A DNA stretch of 64,000 nucleotides from Eledone cirrhosa. Taxonomy: Eukaryota. Shown piece after piece: positions 28,557-42,902 of this stretch. How positions within the stretch are numbered: the first letter of the stretch is position 1; each line of letters begins with the position of its first letter. The notes below the pieces were generated by a model. That model saw only the letters and a program-made list of their open reading frames with translations. It searched no databases and was not told the origin of the DNA. The translations under genes and the position numbers were made by a program. The stretch is from positions 152,954,001-153,018,000 of the forward strand of contig OZ024742.1 in NCBI GenBank assembly GCA_964016885.1, written 5' to 3'.

Positions 28557-29690
28557 ATGGCTAACCAGCAAAAATCCAAACAGAACTGGTCTGATAATGA
28601 AATCGACATTCTAATAAACACATAGCATTGCCTTACCCAAACAGAAGACATAGAGGCTTCATGTCTGAACGACATTGCTAAACGTACAGTTCAACTTTTG
28701 AAAACTCGATCTGAACAACAGATTCAAAATAAATTAAAGCAAATCGAAATTGCTTTTAAATTAATCAATAAACATTTAGATAAACTACGGTGTGCTTTTT
28801 CTTCGAATGCTGTCCAGCAGCAGCAACAACAACAACAACAGCTACAACAACAACAGCAACAACAACAACAACGACAACAACAACAACAACAGTGTGAACC
28901 CCTCCTTGATTCATCAACAATTGCCGATCTACTAAATGAAACTATTGACCTCCCAGTAGCCTCTGTCTCACAGCAGGAAACGCCACATTCTTTCTCTGGC
29001 CCAGCAGTCCAATCATCACCACTGTCAACATCTTCTTCTCTGCCTACTACTACAACTACTACTACAACATCTTTGGCTACTGCTATCTCAAGGAATTTAC
29101 CTTCTAATAGCAGTACAAGAACTCTCCCTCCCACAGTCCACAAAGGTCGTCAAATCCTACTCAAACCATCATCTACACCTCTCACAACACACACACCCAC
29201 ATACCCACCCACTCGAAACCCCATCATTTGCCGCTACTCTCTACGCTATAGAATATGTACAGATAGTGGCTGCAAATTCACCCATTTACCTAGGACAAAA
29301 CGATCTATCCCCACAAACAGCCACCACCATAATACATACTCTAATTTAACACCAACACAACCACCAATAACTCAAACAAGGAATCCACAAATCTGCCGCT
29401 TTTCCCTGCGAGACAGATTGTGTTTAGACCGGGATTGTCCCTTTACCCATCTCCCGGGGACCCGTCGGACAAATGAAAATAAAATTAAAAATAAAAGCAA
29501 AAACAAAAACCATAACCTACATAAAAATAACCACTACCACAGTCACCAACAGTCTTCTAAACAGGAAACTTCTTCCTCTTTTTTAGCCATAATGAATCTG
29601 GCAAAAGAACTGGAAAAAAACATTCGAGCTATCACCCAGCACCACCCTCCACTATCACCCCACTGCACAAACTCCCATTGCTGCCATTAA
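28557..29690 (+). pseudogene. LINE ORF1: Myb/SANT-like N-terminus, polyQ, two CCCH zinc fingers; one premature TAG (28623)
   Basis: MANQQKSKQNWSDNEIDILINT*...RSEQQIQNKLKQIE; C-x8-C-x4-C-x3-H at 29229-29285 and 29394-29450. Confidence 0.75.
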
Positions 29691-32600
29691 CAAACAAACA
29701 AATTAACAACACACCAAAACAATTAAAACCATCCACTCTCGCCTCTACATTTTTGCTTAACGCCCAAGGCATCAGCCCTTCCACCATTACTAAAAAATGG
29801 AAGATCAAATTCCTGGAGGACTGGGTTGATGTCCATCCAAACCACATCCCTTTCTTCGTCCTCACTAAAATCCATCTCAGTAACCTCCACTTGGAAGCCG
29901 AGGTGAAAGTGAAAAATTTCAAAGCCATTCGTGCTGATCGCGCTGGCAGAAGAAAGGGCAGAACTGCCATTTATGTCCATAATTCTTTCTCAACAGAGGC
30001 TATGAACATATTCACTAATGGATACTGTGAAGCAGTCACTGTATTCAGTCAAACCAACAACCTAATAGTAGTTGGGCTCTATAGGCCACCCCAAACACCT
30101 GTACCATGCTTCAAGGAATGCCTCAACAGCATAAAGTGTTTCATCCAAGAGTGTCACCCTGACAACATCTTAATGATGGGGGACTTCAACCTCCCCGGAG
30201 TTGACTCGTCCACAAACAGCCTGCCACCAGGTTCTTCTGCCTCAACCTCTGACAGGGAAGCAGTGGAATCGCTTCTTGACTTCATCGATGATTTCTTCCT
30301 ATTCCAACTGGTGCTCGAACCAACGAGGTGCCACAAAAACGTCCTAGACTTAATTTTCAGCAATCACACTGACAATATCCACAATATTGCAGTGGAGAAA
30401 ACTCTACTCTCTGATCATGACATGGTTCTCTGTGATCTGAGATTCCACTGTCCAATATACAAACCCAATGTCATCTCTCCTGTCTATCCGTTTGACGCTA
30501 TGGATTTCCACAATGCAAACTGGGAAGCGATCAGACATGATCTTGCACATGTCGACTTTGCCTCACGCACACTCATACACCCACTAACATCAAAAAGTCC
30601 TGGCAGACATTTGTGGACACTGTTACAAACATATGTGCTAAATACACCCCATTAAGAACTATAAACAAATCTAAGAGCAGAATCCCTAGAAATAGAAAAA
30701 CGCTCATCAGAAAAATTAAGAGAACGAACAAAAAAATCAACAAGCTGAAATACCGTCAGCAGCAACACATCAACTTGACTGCCATTTCATCACTAGAGAT
30801 TAAAAAACATAACCTCCAAAACAACATAATGTCCCTCATCAACAATCAGAGAAGAGCTGAAGAGGCCTGGGCCATTGAGAAGATCAAACTCAATCCCAAA
30901 GTGTTCTTTTCATTTGCAAAAAAAACACAAAATCACTGGCTCTACTGTTGGCCCTCTAATTGATGAAAATGGCACTCTTCAAGACAATGCTAAAACCATG
31001 GGTGAGATACTGCAGAAACAATACTGATCTGTTTTCAGCAATCCTGATATGGCCGATCTGGGCTGTATCGGCGATGTTACACCCCATTACACCTTATCGG
31101 ACATAACGTTTGGCGCCCCTGATGTCTTAGCGGTAATAAAGGAAATCAAGCATAATTCAGCAGTAGGTCCCGATAGGTTCCCTGCTTGTGTCATGAAGGC
31201 GTGTCAACACCAACTTGCATCTCCTCTTGCCAATCTGTGGCGGAACTAACTGGATGCTGGATATGTGCCAGAAAACCTTCTATCCCAGTCTGTTGTCCCA
31301 GTTTTCAAAAAGGGAAACAAATCCCTTGCCGTGAATTACCGTCCAATCTCACTCACCTCTCATATCATTAAGGTATTTGAGAGAGTGGTGAGATCGCGAA
31401 TGACCCACTTCCTTGAGAGTAACAATATGCTGAACTCCAACCAGCATGGATTCCGTAATGGAAGGGATTGCCTGACGCAGCTACTGCGTCACTTTGATGA
31501 CATTTTGAGAGCCTTGGGAGAGGGTTCCAACACTGATGTTATCTACCTTGATTTCAGCAAGGCCTTTGACAGGGTTGATCATAACATTCTACTGAGAAAG
31601 CTGTCCAATATTGGTGTCACTGGAAAGCTGCTGCAGTGGATCAAGAGCTTCCTGTCAAACAGAACCCAACATGTTGTAGTTGAAGGAGTCAAATCCAGCC
31701 CAGCCAAAGTCAGTAGTGGGGTCCCACAAGGCACTGTGTTGGGCCCACTTCTCTTCATCATCTATATTAATGACATCACTGACATCATCAAACACAGCAA
31801 CATTAAAATTTTCGCTGATGATTCCAAGCTCCAAAAGGTCATCAATGGCGTGAATGACCGGATAAGCCTTCAGTCAGACCTACTGGCTGTTACCCAATGG
31901 GCGGAAAAGAACAACATGTTACTGAACGAAGACAATTTCGAACTGATCCACTTTGGGAAAGAGGATGCTCTGAAACTCACGTACTCCCTTCCCTCCGGGG
32001 AAACTCTCGTGGCATCTAACAACATCAGAGACTTGGGAGTAACCGTGGACAGCAACATAAGCTGGGCCACGCATATAAGCAGCAAAGTTGACATGGCCCG
32101 CAGAACGTGTTCCTGGATCCTCAGAACCTTCCAGTCGAGAGATTCCCACACCATTATCCTTCTCTTCTCTACTTTTGCCCGACCACACCTTGAATACTGT
32201 TGTCCACTGTGGTCTCCCCACACGAAACAAAGTATCATGAAACTTGAAGCTCCTCAAAGGGCAATCACGAAAAAGATAGATGGCATGTCAGACCTTGGCT
32301 ACTGGGGTCGACTAGAAAACCTGAAACTTTACTCACTCCAACGTCGCCGTGAGCGTTATATTATCTGCATGATGTGGAAAATGTTCCATCATCACTGCCC
32401 AAATGATGTTGGCATCGCCTTCAAGATACACCCAAGGCTTGTGCCCCGTGCTATCCGTCCCATACAAAAATCTAAATCGCAAATCATAACAACAATACGG
32501 CACAATTATTTCACCTCAATCGGCCCTGCTCTCTTCAACATCACACCAGGACACGTCAAAACAGAAACTGACCACACAACATTCAAGAAGTCTTTGGACA

Positions 32601-32698
32601 AATTCCTCCTAGTTATCCCGGACAAACCACCCACACCCGGATATGTCTCCGCAAACAGTAATTCTCTTCTCGAATGGGCCATGGTGCCCAAATCCTGA
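29678..32698 (+). pseudogene. LINE ORF2 (APE endonuclease + reverse transcriptase), disrupted
   Basis: Frameshifts near 30560 and 30920; stops at 31025 and 31247. Confidence 0.92.
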
Positions 32699-32791
32699 AT
32701 TGAAAGACTTCGCCAGGTGGTGCTATTAAGTTAGACATGGCCTGGGCCAATACGGGCCAAAACATTTCAAAGTTATTTATTCAAAGTTATA

Positions 32792-32834
<43 letters not shown>

Positions 32835-32973
32835 GTATACGTATATGTATATATATGTATATATATATGTATATATATATATATGTATATATGTATATAT
32901 ATATATATGTATATATATATGTATATATATATATACATATATTTATATATGTATTTATATACATATGTATATA

Positions 32974-33038
<65 letters not shown>

Positions 33039-33053
33039 ATATATAACTATGTA

Positions 33054-33105
<52 letters not shown>

Positions 33106-33112
33106 TAGGTAA

Positions 33113-33147
<35 letters not shown>

Positions 33148-33221
33148 CATATATATCTAAATATATATATATATATATGTATATATGTATAAAATATATA
33201 TATATATATATATATAGGTAA

Positions 33222-33253
<32 letters not shown>

Positions 33254-33370
33254 GTATATATATGTATATATGTATATATATATGTATATATGTATACATG
33301 TATATATATATGTATATATGTATATATGTATATATATATATGTATAAGTATATATATATGTATATGCATA

Positions 33371-33415
<45 letters not shown>

Positions 33416-33551
33416 GTATATGTATGTAGGAGGTGAGTTTTATTGTAGTACAATAAAGCAATGCAGATATCGGATAAGAAGCACTCTACAGTTTGTGGGA
33501 CTGGAGTATGCATAATATAAGATCAAAAGATGGTTAAAGGAGTTCAATATA

Positions 33552-33618
33552 TTTTATTATGCGCATTTCAAAAACAAACATCATCAAACAATAATATTTG
33601 TGTTTTCATCAGATAAAA
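33552..33618 (-). ncRNA. Hammerhead ribozyme, family C
   Basis: Mirror of 33829-33895. Confidence 0.85.
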
Positions 33619-33828
33619 CAGGAGAACATGATATGAAGGCTAAAAAAAACACTTGTTGATAGTGCAGTTTTAAATCAACATATGAAAAGTGGTTTTAGAT
33701 TGATGTGTGATATTGGGAAAAATATTTTTCCCAATATCACACATCAATCTAAAACCACTTTTCATATGTTGATTTAAAACTGCACTATCAACAAGTGTTT
33801 TTTTTAGCCTTCATATCATGTTCTCCTG

Positions 33829-33895
33829 TTTTATCTGATGAAAACACAAATATTATTGTTTGATGATGTTTGTTTTTGAAATGCGCATAATAAAA
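33829..33895 (+). ncRNA. Hammerhead ribozyme, family C
   Basis: ttttat CTGATGA ... GAAA tgcgca TA ataaaa. Confidence 0.85.
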
Positions 33896-33932
33896 TATAT
33901 TGAACTCCTTTAACCATCTTTTGATCTTATAT

Positions 33933-37879
<3,947 letters not shown>

Positions 37880-37904
37880 ATGTATAAAAATCAATACAAT
37901 ATAA

Positions 37905-37980
37905 TTACCTCATTACCAGAGGTTTCCCGAATGAGGCGAATACGAAATAAACGACTTCATTCGTTCGTCAGGCGAGGCAA
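37905..37980 (-). ncRNA. Type I hammerhead ribozyme, family J, at the PLE 3' end
   Basis: ttgcctcgc CTGACGA a-cgaatga...tcattcg-g GAAA cc-tct-gg TA atgaggtaa. Confidence 0.8.
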
Positions 37981-38756
37981 TATAAAACATGCGCAAATAC
38001 TTAGAAAAACACATCAAGAAAATCAAAAAAATATATAGATAAATGAAATAGAAATTGAAATATATAAAAATCTATCAAGAAATATAGCTAGGTGTGTGTA
38101 TATGTATGTATATACGCTCCCAGATGTGCATATATGTATATGTGTACATGTACATGTATAGTGAGAAAGTGTGCGTAATTCTAAAATAGGGCAAACGTAT
38201 CTATATTTCTGTATTATAAAAACAGAAATGGTTACATCGTAAATATACGAATATGAAGGCACGCGCATAAAACGCCTGGACACTCGTACGCTTAGGTGCG
38301 GAAAGAAAGGAGGTAAGGGAGTGTAATAATTAAAAGAAAAGGGTCAGTCTCGATATATTTATAAAAATATAATAACGATAAATTAGAAAGAAAAAATTAA
38401 AGAAAACAAAAAAAGGGGGGTATATACATACACAGACACGCGTGTCTCACAAAAGAAATGTAAAAATAATTATGCTTATATAAACACGCGCACTTACACT
38501 TCCATACGTTCGATACGTACACACACACACACACACACACACACATACCTATACTCACGCATATAAACCTGTTTACATGCCCACGTATGAAACTGAGTAA
38601 GTAAAAAAAGGAAGGGGGGGAGAAGGAAAAAGGAACAAAACAAAACCGAGATATCAAAAACACGGATATAAAGACACGTACACATACGCATAATGTATAC
38701 ATACACACACACACAAACACCTGTACACACACACACATATACACATACACACACAC

Positions 38757-38806
<50 letters not shown>

Positions 38807-39183
38807 GCGCGCACGCGCGCGCACATACGTAGTCACTCATGTACATATATAAAAAGTATACACACATTAAGGCGTTCAGCCATATTTAAATGTGGATAAA
38901 TAAGTACAAATATAAAATTGTAAGATAGGCTGCGCAAAAATAAAATAAAAATGAAAATATCTGGATTGAAAAACACAAAAGACATGTGTAATCAGTTAGT
39001 GGAGGAAAAGGGGAAGTAAAAGAAGGGGAAGTAAAAAATAGAAAATAGGAAGTGGATCGGAGAATAAATGGGGGGGGGACATGTGAAGTAAAAATAAATA
39101 AAAGTGAAAATAAATGAAATTATTGACAAGGATAAAAATGAAAGTAAGTCAGAAAGGGTAATTAAAAAGAGAATAATAAGAGT

Positions 39184-40600
39184 TTATGGAGGATAAGTAT
39201 CTGAAAGTGTGTTAAGTTTATATGAGCTGGAAAGCAGGTGTGATTTCATGTGTGGGCAACTGGTGAACATTTCCGTCTTTGTGTTCAGGCAGGTCTTTGG
39301 TGATTTAAGATTTTGCAATATCCAAAATTTTTCATTTATGCAGAGCGTGCATTTTCTTGTTCCTCTAGCATATTTTTTAGATTGGTTCAAAATTGACCAA
39401 TCTAGTTTATATTGGATGCCTTGGTCTTTCAAATCCCAAATTCTGCTAGCCAGAGCTGTTGTAAATCTTTTTTCTGGATGTCGAAAGGATGCGACATGTG
39501 AGTAATAACGCGTTTTGAATCTGTCTTGCGTCATACCCACATATCGTTCACTGGTGGCTGGATGGTTGTTGCTGATGGTTGTCACTTTAGCCGCATATAC
39601 AATGGCTTTGGTGTTGCATTTACCTTGTAATGGGCATTCACTTTTGATTCTACAGGAGCATGTTTGATTTTCTCTAGGTGATATTTTGTTGAGGATATAG
39701 GACTTAATAGGGGGACCGCAGGAATAGCTAATTTTAACACAGTTTCTGTTAAAGATCTTATAGTATCTATGTGTTCTAGGGAAATGTTTATCTAGGAGTT
39801 CTAGGAATTTTTTGCCTACATTAGTTTTAACTGCTAGAGAGTAGGGGGGTGTGAACCAGATTATTTTTCTTTTCCTATTTTTATGTTTAATAGAGTTAGT
39901 GTAGTTAGGTATGTATTTAATCGGTTCGCTAAAGCCGCTATTTTGGAGGGCTTTATTATAGTAGGGGGATGCCTTATTAAAAATAGCTTCTGAGGAAGAG
40001 AGGGTGGAGATCCTACGGCTAATATTAGGGATAAGGTTTTTAAAAACTATAGGTGGATGGCAAGATCCTTTATTTATATATTTTAAGTTTTCATTAGGTT
40101 TAAGGTATGGTTTATAAGAAGCAGTAGGCAAATCTAGGTTTATATCTAGGAAATCTACGTTGGAAAGGTTAGTGTCAATAGTAATTTTAAGATTAAAACT
40201 AGCGAAGGTTTTTATTAAGTCTTTCCTTAATCTATCTAAGTTATGGCCTATGGTGGTATGGGAAAGTATTAGACCATCATCGCGATAAAGCCCAAAAATA
40301 TGGTTAGGACATTTTCTTTAAGTGTATGTAAGAGGAATAGGCCGACCAGATCACAAACCTCGGCACTGTCATAAGAGCCCATTAAGACATCGAATGGGTT
40401 CTCTGGGTTAGATATTTTTACCCAAGTGTCATTATCATTAAAAAGTAGAGTGTTCCTAGCATGCAAGATGACGTCCTCTTCAATATCGGAGATATTAGTG
40501 AACCCTCTAGCGAAATTTAAAGCTTTCACTAAAAGGGTCTGAGTAATAGATGGGTAGAAATCTACGATGTCAAATTGGGTGAATCTAGAACTGATTTTCT
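39184..40600 (-). pseudogene. PLE RT + GIY-YIG endonuclease, frameshift near 40300
   Basis: CSCR..CPLQGKC..IVY..YVGMT..FKTRYYSH..CTLCINEK..LN..E..CPH. Confidence 0.9.
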
Positions 40601-40605
40601 TTTTG

Positions 40606-41973
40606 AATAGTCAACAAAACAAAAACAAGAAGGAATCCTATTTAAAACGTGCACTACTTGACACCGAGATTGCACTCAAACTTTCACATGAGAATGAGAG
40701 GGCAAAGAAAGAGAACAGGGCCATAGAAAATATTAAAACAAACCCTAAGGCCTTCTTTAAATTTGCAAAAGAAACTGCCTCAGTACACTGCAAGATTGGG
40801 CCATTCTTCTACACGGACGGTTCATTAACCGAAAAGCCCCAAGAGATATGTGAAATACTGAAAAAACAGTACAAAAGTGTGTTGACATGTCCACTGAGGC
40901 ACATGCAAATAACGAAGCCAGAGGAGTTCTTTGATGCCACAACACTACATCAAGAAATGGCAACCATCAACCACATAGACATAACGGAGGAGGATGTGGT
41001 GTACGCCATTGATGAAATTAGAACATACTCGGCTGCTGGACCTGATGGATTCCCAGCAGTTCTTTAAAAATATGTAAGCGGGCCTTAGCAACTCCACTGA
41101 AGATGCTCTTCAGAAGCTCCTTGGCTAGCGGTGTACTACCCAGGGAGCTGAAAGAAGCCACAATATGCCCTATCCATAAAGGAGGTAGTAGAGCGGAGGC
41201 CAAGAACTATAGGCCAGTCTCCCTGACGTCGCATATCAGTAAGGTCATGGAGCGAGTCGTCAGAAAGAAACTAATCACTTTCCTCGAAATGGCTGGATCT
41301 TGAGGACTTTCTGGACAAGAGATCGAGAGACCATGTTGACACTCTGGAGAACTTTTGTCCTAAGCCGCCTGGACTACTGCTCCCAGATGTGGTCACCCCA
41401 TAGTGTCAAACTAACCACGGAGCTTGAGGCAATCCAGCGAAGCTACACCAAGAGGATTGCCAAGATGAGGGAGACAAGCTACTGGGAGAGGCTAAAGGAA
41501 CTGAACCTCTACTCCTTGGAGCAAAGACGGGAGAGATACGCAGTGATCTACATGTGGAAAATCCTGGAGGGACTAGGACCAAACTTTGGCATTGGCAGCT
41601 GGACCAACCTTCGAACAGGACGTCACTGTGTTGTGCCAAAGGTCCCCTCTTCCACATCTAGAATAAGGAGCAGGTATTGCAATAGGCTGGGATTCATGGG
41701 CCCTCAACTCTTCAACAGGCTGCCGAGGCATCTGAGAGACTTGCATGACGTGGAGGTGGATGTCTTTAAGAAGCATTTCGAAACCTTGTTATCCAGGATC
41801 CTGGATGAGCCCACAGCAAGACACGAGGGAAACCTAAGGGCAGCAGCAACAAACTCCCTCTTACACCAGTGGCCAACCTATACAGGCTGGAGATAAAATG
41901 TGTAGCAACAAGGGCGGTGCCCCAGCATGGCCTCAGCCGGATGGCTGAAACAGGTAAAAGAGTAAAAGAGTAA
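40606..41973 (+). mobile_element. LINE family B fragment; RT core deleted near 41288; 3' tail with GTAAAAGA repeats
   Basis: NPKAFF, AAGPDG, NYRPVSLTS joined directly to RLDYCSQMWSPH and YWERLKELNLYSL; related to family A. Confidence 0.9.
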
Positions 41974-42017
41974 ATATATATATATATATATATATGTGAA
42001 TATATATATATATGAAT

Positions 42018-42063
<46 letters not shown>

Positions 42064-42256
42064 GTAGATAAATCTACCAAGAGTTTACGGTAGTGTCCAA
42101 TCCGTATGAAGAACTCAATGTATTCCGGATATCATGGAAAGAAGAGATGTAATGAAAATCCACTTTCGGTGAAAGATAAACGGTATACAGAGTCAAGATA
42201 AAATATTAAACAAATAATGAACAAACAATTCCTTATATTAAACAAAAAAAGTTCAC

Positions 42257-42401
42257 TATTTAACGATCGTTTCTAGGGTATATATGTGTTATAATTGGTA
42301 TGCATATTCAACAGATCTATGTACAAAATTATACAAAATTATACAAATTATCAAGATTAAATATACATACCTAACACATATATACGCCGTCTTCAGAAAT
42401 A
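42257..42401 (-). ncRNA. Hammerhead ribozyme, family I (long stem II)
   Basis: Mirror of 42404-42548. Confidence 0.75.
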
Positions 42402-42403
42402 AT

Positions 42404-42548
42404 TATTTCTGAAGACGGCGTATATATGTGTTAGGTATGTATATTTAATCTTGATAATTTGTATAATTTTGTATAATTTTGTACATAGATCTGTTGAATA
42501 TGCATACCAATTATAACACATATATACCCTAGAAACGATCGTTAAATA
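42404..42548 (+). ncRNA. Type I hammerhead ribozyme, family I, with ~115-nt stem II domain
   Basis: tattt CTGAAGA cggc-gtatatatgtgtta...taacacatatatac-ccta GAAA cgatcg TT aaata. Confidence 0.75.
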
Positions 42549-42598
42549 GTGAACTTTTTTTGTTTAATATAAGGAATTGTTTGTTCATTATTTGTTTA

Positions 42599-42692
<94 letters not shown>

Positions 42693-42844
42693 GTATATAT
42701 ATGTATGTATATATATATACATATATGTATTCATATATATATATATATAATGTATATATATGAATGTATATATATGTACATATATGTATTTATATACATA
42801 TATACATATAGATATATGTATGTATATATATATACATATATGTA

Positions 42845-42892
<48 letters not shown>

Positions 42893-42902
42893 ATGTATAT
42901 AA

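Larger units (their letters stand above)
28160..32790 (+). mobile_element. LINE family A, copy 2, near full length (5' UTR, ORF1, APE-RT ORF2, 3' UTR ending in repeated TTCAAAGTTAT); CR1-like or Proto2-like, clade not determined
   Basis: APE motifs LNAQG, GLYRPP, MGDFN, LDLIF, SDHD; RT motifs QHGFR, DFSKAFD, GVPQG, FADD; TA-flanked. Confidence 0.95.
33425..33932 (-). mobile_element. HHR cassette, family C, with a perfect 418-bp palindrome 33515-33932 (centre 33723/33724) and tail 33425-33514
   Basis: No spacer and no mismatches seen between arms. Confidence 0.92.
37880..40605 (-). mobile_element. 5'-truncated Penelope-like element (Naiad-type) with 3' HHR
   Basis: RT motifs FDIVDFYPSI, MGSYDSAEVCDLVG, YRDDGL, FLDI; Cys-rich GIY-YIG domain; CA-rich 3' region. 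Confidence 0.92.
42063..42607 (-). mobile_element. HHR cassette, family I: perfect 410-bp palindrome 42198-42607 (centre 42402/42403), tail 42063-42197
   Basis: Arms appear to be exact reverse complements. Confidence 0.92.

Noticed and set aside
39184-40600. Selenocysteine recoding, as known for some Naiad PLEs
   Set aside because: No in-frame TGA in the preserved ORF; conserved positions are ordinary Cys
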